Of a stretch of DNA of 40,202 nt, positions 23,790 through 36,000 are shown piece by piece. Positions within the stretch are counted from its first letter, which is position 1. Each line of letters opens with the position of its first letter. A program made the translations under genes and the position numbers. The notes beneath the pieces are model-generated. The model was not told where the DNA came from. It did not search any database and worked only from the letters and a program-made list of their open reading frames with translations. The stretch lies in assembly GCA_051453625.1 (NCBI GenBank), contig JBOZIK010000001.1, positions 39,058,728-39,098,929 of the forward strand, written 5' to 3'. Source of the stretch: Welwitschia mirabilis (Eukaryota).

Positions 23790-26310
23790 AATCTATTACT
23801 TTATGAATCCATTTTAGATCTATGTTAGCAAGACCATAATATAAAGTTAATTCAAGATGTGCTTATCCTTCTCTTTGAATAAAGGATTCTATTATCACTA
23901 ATGTGGATCACTTGAATGACCTCTTATCCTTGCAAATAATGATATATAATCTAATAATCATTTGTATGTTTTTTGCTTTACCTAAGTATCATTTTATTTG
24001 TGATGTAATATTTGCAAATCAACAAAACTCCTTTATAGTAGATTTTATAACAACTATGAAAAAGATAACCTATCATGTGTGGTCTTAAGTGCATAAATGA
24101 GTTTAACTTTCAACTTAAGGCATAGATTAATTTCAAAGTAAGACTGCCTACTTAAGATTCAACTTAGAGCAAGAAGTGCTAGGTCTTAAACTTCTCTAGA
24201 TTAAATAATCTAAGACCTATGTTCTTTATCTTCTCCTCTTCTTGCTATTCTTTTTTTCATCTTTTATTCAAACTCTTAATTCTCTATAGATTATTTAAAG
24301 TAATTCTAAAGCCTTAGTTCTAAGTCTTGCTTAAGGCAAAAGGGACAAGTTTCTAGATTGGAAGCTATTTTTCATTTTCATTTCCAATAGGGTTTTGATA
24401 AGAGAGGCCTACATGGATTAAAAGTCTATTACTAGTTCTTAACTCCAAAAATCCCAAGGACATTAAGATAATACCTTCATTCTTCAACAGTGTAACCAAA
24501 ATAAATCAATAAATTTTATTGGAGAAAGAATCATAAAAATTAACCTCAATTATTAATTTATATTTATTTTTATTTATAAACAAGATACTTTTAGGAATAG
24601 AATGTGAGCAAAAGCTTTGTTTAAAGTAGATGTATCAAAAAAAGAGAAAATAATCAAGGATCATCTAAGTGTATAAATCATGTGACAGATGGCTTACAAA
24701 TGAATGATTAATGCTAGAATGTNNNNNNNNNNNNNNNNNNNNNNNNNNNNNNNNNNNNNNNNNNNNNNNNNNNNNNNNNNNNNNNNNNNNNNNNNNNNNN
24801 NNNNNNNNNNNNNNNNNNNNNNATGTCTTCAACTGAACACAAGGATACAAGAAAGAAATTGATTAAAGCCTAAGAGAATGGTTAAGGGTGTTTATCTTAA
24901 AAGGCCTTCCATAATATTTGTTTTCTTATATTTTATTCAATATTTTCTTCCCCTTAATTCCTTCCATTCTTTGTTTTTCCTTTTTTAATAGAATACTTTA
25001 TTGGTTTTTATTATTCACTCCATTAGTTTTCCTTTGTATCCAATTTCAAGTTCTTTCTTTCTTAAGTCCTTCTTGTAAAAAACTAATACCAGTAGAAACT
25101 TTCTTTGAGAAGTCTGAGATAAGAAGAAAGATTTTTTAAAGAAGCATGCATTTTTTCCTACCATTTATGATGATACTTAAAAATGTAAACTGATTACTTA
25201 AAACTTGCTAGCTTAGAGTGAAGAAATGATGGATAAATAAATAGAGAAATTCAGTGGTGAAATTTTCCAATTTTGGCAAGTTAAGATGCAATTAGCATTA
25301 ATCAACAAAGATGTATGAAAAGTAACTAGTGATGAGGTTCCACAACATAAGGATTCTAATAAAATTAATGAATGGGAAACGAAAAAAAAAGTAGACTATG
25401 AGACACTCTTACACATTAGTCTTGGCTTTGAAGACAATTGTCTTCATCACATTGATTTATCAAGGACCAAAAATAAAATTTGGGATGGTTTAAGTAAGAT
25501 TTTTGGATCAAGAGAACATGAAGCAAAACAAGATATTAAACATCAACTTTACTATTCAAAATTAAATAAATTGAGAGAGATGAATTAATACATCAATTAC
25601 TTCAAGTCATTGTTAACACAACTTGTAGCAATCAACACCAAGGTTGATGATGGTGATGATACTAAGGCCATCTTATTACGTAATCTTCTTTCATAATATT
25701 AACATATTATCTTCAACAAGAAGATAACATATTATTTGCCTTGATTCATCTAGTACCAAAAAAAAAAAAAAAAAAAAAAAGGAGGTTCATTATAGAAAAC
25801 AATGCTCAATGCTCATAGGAAAGTCGAGTGCTATTTTAAGCTCAATACTTCATCAAGCTTAGTGCTTTATCCTAGTGCTTCTTTAGCTTAGTGCTTAGCT
25901 TTGTGCTTGAAAATTTAATGTCAAGGCTTCACCACGCTCTAGTCTTGACATGAACTGTATGAAGAGTGTGTTTTTATCATGTATGTCGTTTTCTTTAAAT
26001 AAATGGTACAATAAGAATGCCCACATACCAATTTAGTTTGTTTATATTTAGTTTGACATCATTGTGGACATGATCCACATTTTGTAGATTCACTTGTATC
26101 TTCTATTATTAGATTTGAGTGATATCTTTATTTGATGATTTTTCATCTATTAATAGATTTGAGTGATATATTTATTTGATGATTTGTTAATAAAAAGTTG
26201 AGCTTCCTTGTTTTGTGAAATGATCTTAAGCTCCCCTTTGCTTACTTCTTTCTTATGCTCCCCTTTGCTTGCTTCTTTTTTATGCCTTCTTTTAGCCTTT
26301 TACCTATAAC
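23790..26310 (+). mobile_element. Copia-gag-containing repeat, copy C3 (best-preserved gag remnant ~25240-25720)
   Basis: Translation IEKFSGEIFQFWQVKMQLALINKDV*KV...HISLGFEDNCLHHIDLSRTKNKIWDGLSKIFG...YFKSLLTQLVAINTKVDDGDDTKAILLRNL matches the Ty1/copia gag N-terminus and UBN2 pattern. It is followed directly by non-coding sequence shared with C1. Confidence 0.8.
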
Positions 26311-26923
26311 TAAGACCATATATACATAGCATGAAGAACATTAGTAAAAATGCAGTTTATAGAATACAATAAATAAACAAGAAAGCATGCCAAACCTTTT
26401 GGAAGAAAAAGCATACATTGTGGTATTGAGAATCTCAAAGAATGCATAAGATGTGTTGCAAAATGTAAACCTATGACATTTGTCATCATAACTTCTATCA
26501 ATGCTAATTGAAAATGTTTCATTTTGCATCAAAAACAACAGTTCCTTGATAAACTTTCCTTGGAGAGATGAACATAGGAGTTGGTAAGATGTCGTTAAAG
26601 TGTGAGAACCATATAAAGCCTTTGATAACTAGAAAAGTAATCCTTTAATAGTTTAGGCCACCTAGCATATTGGATATCCACTTTCTGGCATCTCTGATAA
26701 TTCAGGTACATTTTGCGACTAACATGATCCTTCCATAGCTGTGTCACTTAATCAGAACACAACATATTAACATCATAAATCAAAACAGCCTTTTTTTTTT
26801 AATTGGAAAATCTCTGCATTATGCTTTTGAAAACTTGTTTCCGTTATGCAAACTAAACATTAATCTAATAAAGGAATTGCTACATTACGGTAGTAGCTTA
26901 GGGCCTCCCACTGAAATCGCCTC

Positions 26924-26961
26924 CTGGCTTCTGGCTTCTGGCTTCTGGCTTCTGGCTTCTG
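26924..26961. repeat. (CTGGCTT)5.4 perfect heptamer tandem repeat downstream of the peroxidase stop
   Basis: Five exact copies plus CTG, about 130 nt past the stop codon. Confidence 0.95.
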
Positions 26962-27090
26962 CAGGGTGCTTAGAAAGCCCAACGAAGCGCCAAAAAGCAT
27001 TTGTAGTCTACGACGCATTAGTTACGACAGTAGTTATTATGTTTGATGTGATTGTTTAAAGCAAAACACAGGCAGTTCTGCCAAACTCAA

Positions 27091-28335
27091 TTAAGAGGGA
27101 TTGACGACCCTGCAGTTGAGACGGATCTCCCCTTGGTCTGCACTTGTGAGAACGCCAATGTCGCCCATTCTGATCATGGCGGAGGCAAAGTTTTTGGCCC
27201 AGAGCATTCCATCAACGGAGTTTTGCAGAACCATATTGGCGGTGGACGCATCCGACATCAAAGTCTGATCAGAAGTGAAGAGGCCTCTGTTTTCCACAAC
27301 TCCGCTGTAGTAAAGATTGTCAAGTAAGGTTGGAGTCAGAGGCTCCATGGACACCTGTGTGTTAGAGTTGGAGGAGGTTCCCTGGGGACATCTGGTCTTC
27401 AGGATTGTTGCGTATGAGAAGTCCAGCGATGGATCTTCCTTTGTTGTCTCACTGAAGTTGTACAGCCGATTTGCGAACGACGAGCAAAGGGATTTTCCTA
27501 TGCTGTGTGCCCCTGAAATTTTGAAAACCATTCATAATTTCGTCGTCTTGTCCAAGCTAGATCGAAACGTAAAACAGAACGCAAAACTAGTTAATGTTTG
27601 AGTTCCAGGGACCTGAGAGAGTGACCATTTCTTCTTGAGTAAGACCCTTCTCTGCAAATCGCTTCGTCAATTGGTTAACGTCGAAAGTTGGCGGAGGAAG
27701 ATTCGTGGCAACGTCCGGCGCCCTCGAGATCCGTCCGTCTCGTCTGCCTCCTTTCACGTCCCAGCTTATCCCACCCGCCTGGTTATAATGCTTTTTAGGC
27801 CAAAAAGTTCGACTATATGATACTGTAAATAAGTAGATAAAAGTGGAGTTTTTCATTCTTTACAAGTTTGGAGCTGTCACGCGCAGCGAAGGCAAGAATA
27901 TCGGCACAAGAAACGACGCCCGGGCAAATGGCTTCAATACTCCTCTTGGCTTCATCGATGATGTCATAACCAGTAAGGCTCGGATTGTTTGCTGGTGCGT
28001 CTTTCTCTGCTGTGTTTTCGGGCGTGGAGTCGATGAGAATGGATCCGTCGCAGCCCTGGAGAGGGAAACCACAAAACTTGTGAATACAAGAGAGAAGAAA
28101 TGAATTTGTCGCTAAAGCTTAGTTCATTAATTACTTGCACAAAGCAATCATGGAAATGCATTCTGATGAGCGATGCAGCGATGGCAGGGTTGCTTCGGAA
28201 GGTCTTGAAAACCACTTGATGAACTATGGACTCTGCTTCTGCACAACTGCTGCTGTAGTATCCCACCTGCAACTCACACTTAACCATCATCTTTGTTATC
28301 AGAACAAACATCAAAGCCAATAAAAGCCTTGCCAT
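27091..28335 (-). CDS. Class III secretory plant haem peroxidase, 4 exons (28335-28135, 28055-27864, 27778-27613, 27512-27091), 326 aa, apparently intact
   Basis: Manual splicing gives 201+192+166+422 = 981 nt in frame, with GT-AG introns of 79, 85 and 100 nt. The 192- and 166-nt internal exons are the classic class III peroxidase sizes. Motifs: hydrophobic signal peptide [12 protein letters not shown]; distal [43 protein letters not shown]; proximal [30 protein letters not shown]. All eight conserved Cys are present. There is no C-terminal vacuolar extension. Confidence 0.97.
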
Positions 28336-28399
28336 TGTAGCCTACTCTACTCTTTTCTCTCTTTGATTCTTTCCCACGACGCAGAGATCTCCATCATTC

Positions 28400-28406
28400 T
28401 TATATA
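28400..28406 (-). promoter_or_regulatory. Probable TATA box of the peroxidase gene
   Basis: The minus strand reads CTATATAAGA about 65 nt upstream of the ATG at 28335, followed by an AG-rich leader. Confidence 0.6.
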
Positions 28407-30239
28407 GACCAAGCATGAGTTGCTTCTCCTTGGCTGTAATCATGTCACCTGGCTGTTCTTCCGTCGCAGCGAAATGATTATGACGGTAATATGGAGTAGT
28501 TGCGGAAATGTCGTGGAGCAGCAGATGAGATATCGTTTTCAGAAGAGAGGCGATAATTGCTACGAAGAATTAGCCATGCATGTAAGACCTTTTCTGCAAC
28601 ACATGCACTAATTCTTATACGCTTGGGTCCTCTGCCTTTTCAAATAATCAATCTTAGGAAGCCCAAAAGACGTGATACTTCCGAAAACCCATCCGATAAC
28701 CAAACTCAAACTCAATTTTTGTCATCTCCATGATCCAGCACGGTTTAATTCAGAGTGACATATGGCTTATTGATCAGGAGATCAGAATCCGATTACTTTA
28801 AAAAAGAATTCTGTAACGAAGTCTTTGTTCAGTAATTATGGCTCCACTTGCATAAGTCTAGCAGTAATGGATCGGGTGGCGGTGGAAAAGAAGTAGACTT
28901 CCAAAGGAAAGCAAGAGAATCCTGAAAAGCGATGAGCAGAGACGAGACAAAGCGGTGGGTGGAGCAGATCACTTTCGAATTTCAACTGAATTTTTCGCAG
29001 CAAAACAATGTAACTGCTGCCGTTGCTGTCTCATGTCTCGTGTCTCATGTGTCGCCATTGATTTAGTCAATTCCTGCTTTTGTCTTCAATGCAAGAATCT
29101 AGCTCGCTTTCCATTTTTAGTATTCTATCGCAGAGCCAGGAAGGTTTCCATGACATGTCTCTGCAACTTTTCGTAGCTTTTGCTGTTTTCCAATGCAAGC
29201 AGCTCCCCTTTGCCATCTATAGTCCATGTTTTATAAGTTGTAATATTTTTCCAAAGAATGTCGAAGTTGGAGGACTTGTATAGTCACTTGTGCTGTCTTC
29301 CATTTTTGTTTGGTTCGGTAATAGAGTTGTTGCATGCTATGAAAGACATTATTTAAATCCTTACCAAATATGTTAACGTTTCATTTCAATTAGTGTGATA
29401 TAACTCAAACCATTTTAGCTAATGGCATATCCATATTATCCCGTCCCTTTATTACATTAGAATATCTCAGTTAGTCTTTTCATGCTTTTGTTAAATTTTG
29501 AGGTTTAGTTTTGTAGTGGTTAGTATTGGTTTTAAAAAAACATTGGAGGAGTGAATATGTCAAATCATTTTTTTGCTGTAAGGAAATGCATCATCTGTCT
29601 TCACCATGTACATTTTTAGCATATTTACTCATAGTCAAGCTTAAACAACATAAATACAGGAACCCTATTGATTTGGACCAAGGTGGTTTTGCCTTAAACC
29701 ATCCTCGAACTTAACCCACATTTTAGATATTCTATAAAGATCGTAAGCTAGAGGACCATGAATCTAGTGCAATTTTGACGCAGCGCGAAAAGTGTTCAAA
29801 GAGAAAACCCTTGAAAAGGGAGAGAAATCCGAATAACTTCTATTTCAAAAATTGTTGTCTATAACAGTACNNNNNNNNNNNNNNNNNNNNNNNNNNNNNN
29901 NNNNNNNNNNNNNNNNNNNNNNNNNNNNNNNNNNNNNNNNNNNNNNNNNNNNNNNNNNNNNNNNNNNNNNTTTTTATGGAAGTAACAGTAACGGCTAAAT
30001 ATAAAGATGGGAGTTACATCACTCTACCCCCACTAATATAAAAGTAATAAATGCTAAAAAATAAATATGGAGGTTACACCACTCCATCCTTCTTAACTAG
30101 GCTCGGCCCCAGCAGTACATTCCACGTCAAATTTAAAGGCCATTAAGAAATATCCCTCATTAAAAAGGAAAGGATATTTTCTCAACAATAGCCATGGCAT
30201 CCTCTATGTTTGTGGGTAATTTTTACGAATTAACCAAAA

Positions 30240-33030
30240 CTCTCATTATAGCAAGTCCTGATATCGTTCTTTTCATAGTGATATACTCAGATAGAACAAC
30301 AACAAAATTACAACATAATTCTAATCTAGTAAAATATTAAAGTAAAGTATGAACTAAGAAAGTGATAATAAGAGATTCCAAATGATGCAAGTATGGAAGC
30401 GAACTATCACTCTAAGAATTAACTTAAGTTTTCTAATAAATAAATACCTCTATTCAACTATATAATAAAAATTCTTAATTAATCCTTAAAAATGCCAAGT
30501 TGTTATGGCTCATATTATGGATTAGATCATGGTAACATAATCTCCTTCACCACATGAGTAGTAGTGAGACCTCTTAGGCATGTTGGTCTGTCATAGCCTA
30601 AATCTGAGCATGTTAAGTAGGAAAATACTACATAAAGACAATCAAGTAAAGGTAAACTATAAACCAAAACATGAGCAAAAGAGACTCACTTAGGAAATAA
30701 GGATAACCTAGCAAATACATTGTTTCAATCAAGCATTAAAAGTACAATATGTTCTAAAACTTAATATCAAGAAGGAAGAACCACTAGCTTTTATTAACCA
30801 AATAATAGGAATTATAATACATTGAAGAACAAAATCTAATTAAACTAGCCTTGAGGCTAGTTCACTCTGAAAGGGAAAGCTTAGAAAGACATGTTGAATG
30901 GATCCTTCACTCTAAGGATAGAATGCTCTCTTCAAGTGATGATTTACAAAGTGGAGCATTTGGCCCTTTTTACAATGAAGGCTAGGGTTTAGATAGTTAG
31001 GGTTCATTATTCTTTTATATTAGGTGGGATTGTTGAGATTTTATCTTGTAGCACTTGATAAAGTGATTCCGCTCTTCATCTTGTATCACTTAGTTGAGTG
31101 GTGGAAATCTTCATCTTATAGCATTTTATTGAGATTGTTATGATAAGTCCAACATGTAGCCTTTAAAGCAGGAATCCTCCACCAATTGGTGCCATTGTCA
31201 CATATCTCTAATGCCACTGTCACGTATGACCAAAATGTGGCTAAAGACTTGAAAACATAATGGGTAAACATATAAATTCACATATGTTAAGAAAAAAAAA
31301 TAGAAAATATATNNNNNNNNNNNNNNNNNNNNNNNNNNNNNNNNNNNNNNNNNNNNNNNNNNNTTGATATAACTGTTAATTTTTACTTGTTATCACACCC
31401 TCCAACCAGACTTTTACTAGTCCCTTAGAAAAATTATAATAAAGAATAATTAATAGAGAAAATTTTCTAAGAAAGACATTCAAGTACAAGAATGATAAAC
31501 TTGAAGAATTTAGCTAGTTTTTCAAAAAATGAAGTTTTAAAATAAAAAATATGAAGTTCATATCCCAACCAAAGTGAAACTGTATCCTTAAAGTTTGAAG
31601 ATACAGAAAGAAACAAATGTAAAATTTATGAACAAGTTGATACAACCTTAGAAGGAAAATTTTTCATTACATGCTATTTTATTTCAAAGGGAAAAAAATA
31701 TTCAAGTCAATGTAAGTAAGATATAATGCAAAGGAAATCTTAACTAACAAGAAATTACTATCTGTATCATCTAACCAATCTCTTCTCCCTAATAATTCAA
31801 GCTTACTTTTCATGAAGTGAAAGGTCAGTCCATAATAAAAACATTTATTTCTCATGACCTTATTTGTCATAAAATGAGGATGAGGTGAAAATGATAATGG
31901 ATGGATGTGAAATGGAGAATGGCAATATAAATGAGACTCAACCATGCAACTTATGAATTAAAAAAATAATTTATATAAGTTAATAGCCTTTTTTAATTAT
32001 GAATTTTTGTAATTTTTAAGTTTATTTAATGGATATCAATGCTAGATAAGTATAGTATTAACAAGGTAACTTATGAAAATTAAAAAATTAGTAGTAAAAT
32101 ATCAAGTATTAAATTAAAAAAAAATAGAGAAGGTCTCCAATTCTAATCTTAATTTTAATTTACTTTCCTTTCTACAATGATAAGTACCTTTTCATCAAGC
32201 ATTTTGACTTTATTGTGCATCTAGTATTATGGCATTTGTCTTTTAATGGAGTTAAGCATGTTGGTTTTTGAATAAATTAGTATTGCATTACTAGCAAGAA
32301 TCCATAGTCTAGATGTAGTTGAGCATGCCATAAGTAGATTGTTAGAGATGCATTAATAGTGAGCATCCATAGCCTTAGTGTAGTTAACCAAACTTCATAA
32401 AACCAATTAAAATAAAATGTGTTTTTAGATAAGAGATATTACCTTTCTTTTTATTTTACCTNNNNNNNNNNNNNNNNNNNNNNNNNNNNNNNNNNNNNNN
32501 NNNNNNNNNNNNNNNNNNNNNNNNNNNNNNNNNNNNNNNNNNNNNNNNNNNNNNNNNNNNNAAACCTAATAAGACCAATTAAAATAAAATTTGTTTTTAG
32601 ACAAGAGATATTACTTTTCTTTTTATTTTACTTATATTATATTTTACTTACATAAAAAAGGGTCATTATCTCATTAACCTAGTTAAGACATAACTTATCG
32701 ATATAAAATGCTTGAAAATAAAAAGTATGATATTAAAGAAAACTCCAACTTTTCATCCATTTTTCTTTTTCTAAATTGAAGGCCTCAAGTGAATGTGACC
32801 TCAACAACATAATTCGAAGTAAGCATAACTTTCTCTTAGAAATCATAAGTACACATAATCTCAACCAACACTTGAAATGATAGAAAGATCACTTACTATC
32901 GGTCTATTTATTAAAGGCCATTAACCAAAGTCTCTAAGTCTCATAAATTCATAGGTAGATAGGAGGAGTGAATGGAAGTACTTAAGGTGATGATCATTGA
33001 CTTTGAGTATTTAGTGATTTTTGGGATTTT
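30240..33030 (-). mobile_element. Athila-like element, copy A3 (LTR ~30240-31395, PPT, partial internal region)
   Basis: The minus strand reads CTAAGGGACTAGTAAAAGTCTGGTTGGAGGGTG|TGATAAC, an Athila-style PPT/LTR junction. It shares blocks with A1 and A2, e.g. CATCTAGTATTATGGCA and GAGTTAAGCATG. Confidence 0.72.
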
Positions 33031-33059
33031 ATATGAGAAATACACATTCACTACAAAAT

Positions 33060-36000
33060 AATGTTATTCATCATAGTAAAAACTATGAATGTCAAATAAA
33101 CTAGTAAGGACTTAATATCATTCCTCCACAAGGAAGTTTGTAATAAACTAATCAAAAGTGATACAATAATCCAATCCTACAATGAGATCAAAAAAATGTA
33201 AAATCAAAGAGTTTGAGATATTTTTGATAAACTTTGATTAGTGGCATAGGGAAACAAACATGATCTATAGATTTATCTTAACAATCCACCTTCGCTCCAA
33301 TGATTTCTTATAATTCATGAAACATAAGCTTTGGATCATCAAGTCATGGTGGCTTGGACATGGTAACATAATCTCACTTACCACCTTGGTATTAGTGAAT
33401 TCAACAGTTAGTTTGATTATTCATAACCCTTTATGAACATAGAAAATAAGTACATTTGTCTTTAAGATTTATAACATAATAACAACTATAATCAAAAGCT
33501 AAATTTAGATAGTTCACTCAACATGAAAGATCTTAATGGTATAGTCTCACCTAAGGATTAATAGTATAATGTTAATGTACACTAGAAATTAGAGAATAAA
33601 CAACTACTATAATATTAACAATAAGAAAGAATCTCACTTAAGAATTACTAGTACCATGTTAATGTGCACTAAATATAAAAGAATGAATAACTATTCCTTG
33701 TATTAATTCATAAAATACATTACATTGGAAGACAAAGATTAAGCTAAAATAAATTCCTTAAACTAGCCTTAGAATAAGCCTACTCCCAAGGGAGATGCTT
33801 AGAAAGCCATGTCGATGTAACACTCCAAGTATTCTTGCAATGTTTGGCCAACCAAATATGTTTACAAATAAAGGCTCAAGGATTTTTTATAAGAGAGGAT
33901 AAGGTTAAGGTAGTTAACGGAATTTGTCTTATAGTGGTAGATGATGTAGGGGGACTCTGTCCTATAGTGTTAGATAGAATCTTTGTCATTTAGCATTAGG
34001 TAGATAAGATTTAATCCTATACTATTTGGTGGATATTGTCATGTAGTGTTAAGTAAATAAGATTTTAATCTTTATTATTTAGTGTGTGGTGGAGGTTACC
34101 TTATTACATTTAATGAAGGTTATCATATAACATTAGGTAAAATCTTCATTATGATGAGTTTAACATATGGATTTTGAAGCTAAAGTCCTCTACCAACTGA
34201 TGTTATCACCACATGTCTTCAGTGTCATCTCCACATGCCTCTGCCACATGTCTTCCAATGTTACTACTATATGTCACCACCCCATGTCTCTATTTCCATC
34301 ATTGTTTTAAGTAGAATTATGTCCATCTTCATTCCTATGTTCCAAAATATGGCTAAAGATTTGCAATTGTTATGAAGAAAGGCATAAAATTAAGTTTTAT
34401 TTTAAAAATAATAGAAAACATACTCTATAGTTAAAGAATTAAGTTAGTATCTTTATTTATAATAAATTAGCCTAAAACATGATACAAATATCATTTTTTA
34501 ATGTTAACACCCTCTCAACTAGAATTTCACTAATTCCTTAGTAAAAAAGCATGTTAGAGAATGACTAAAATGAAAAAATATCTAAGGAAAAACATTCAAG
34601 TACGCAAGGATAATGAGAATCTTTGAAAAATATTAGCCTAGTTTTTAGAAAGGTACTAAATCAAAAATATTTCTTCAAAAAATCAAATGCCATGCGATAC
34701 CCTCAAATCAAAATTGAACTCTGTCCTAAAAGATAAAAATGTAGATAATTTTATACAACTTTTAAGAACATTCTAAAAGATAGAATATGATTACATGGCT
34801 TCTCATTACACTACAAGATCAAAAAANNNNNNNNNNTTTGATTTAAACACTTCAAAATTTATGAGAAACTTTAAACTAGCATACAAAAGATTTTATCACA
34901 ATACATTTGAAAACATTACAATGCAACACACTTGAATGAATCATGATGTTAAAAGATGAAAACCAATCCAAACACTTATAAATGCAAAACACAAAAAAAT
35001 GCCTAGGATGATGGCCAATTTATTAAATTTTTGTGAATTCTATGTTTATTTAAATGATTATGATGTCAAAAAAATAATATATCCTTTAAGTAAACTTGTA
35101 AAAATTCAAAATTTAATACAAAAACTCTTAAGTACACAAGTTAAAGAAAGTTAACATGAAAGTATCCCTAAATTTCATCTTTTCATTCCAAATTCTAACT
35201 TTTCTACAATTACATATATTTTTTTGTTTTAAGCATTTAGATCAAATTGAACATCTAGTATTATAAGATCTTTTTCCAATAGAATTAAGCATGTTATTTC
35301 ATGAAAAAGTCAATGCTATATTGCCAGTGAGTGTCTATAGCCTTAATGCAATTGAACACATCATAAATAGATTATTAGAGTTGAATTATTAGTGAGATCC
35401 ATAAACCTAATACAATTAATTAAACCTAATTTAATTTATTAAAATATAATTTTTTAATAGAGAAGATATATTATTTTTTTATTCTTCTTCTCATATTTAA
35501 TTTTTTTTATGCACATAAAAGGAGTCATTGGCTTATAAGCCTAATCAAAAAAAAAAAAGTACCTATAAAATGTTTGAAAATAAAAAGCATAATATAAAAG
35601 TATATTTCATCTTTTTCAACCATATTTTCTAAATTTTGAGACCTTAAGTAAAATAGACTTAACAAGTTAAGTCAAAAGAAGAGAAACCTTTTCTTGAAAA
35701 ATACAAGTAAAATTAAATTCTACCTAAATTGTACTAACAAATTGATCATTTATTAACAATTTATTTGTTATGAGCTATCAACCAGTGTTATCAAGTCTTA
35801 AGAATTCATACACAAATGGGAGGAGAGGGTGGCTAGTGATTTTTATTAGGTAATGCCAAAGTAGAAGGGATGGATTATGATGTTTAAGAAAATGTTGACT
35901 TATTTTATGCTATGGATAAAATTTGAGATTTTCTATGTGAAAGGATTTAAGTTGACAATTGTACAAGTGGTAATACTTTGGTACTTTTAAGCGAGATAAG

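Noticed and set aside
18630-25139. Hydrophobic F/L/I-rich short ORFs (18630-18812, 24918-25139; also 5856-6041) as membrane peptides
   Set aside because: They arise from T-rich decayed repeat sequence, and their starts and stops are not conserved between copies.
27052-28323. Plus-strand ORFs overlapping the peroxidase
   Set aside because: They are antisense shadows of a GC-richer coding region with no recognisable motifs.
33049-33058. CACTACAAAA as a CACTA start (also CACTACCAAA at ~1680)
   Set aside because: No partner TIR, TSD or subterminal repeats were found.
33925-34150. Spaced short repeats as a CRISPR-like array
   Set aside because: The units are degenerate and adjacent without unique spacers, lie within a plant LTR, and there are no cas genes.
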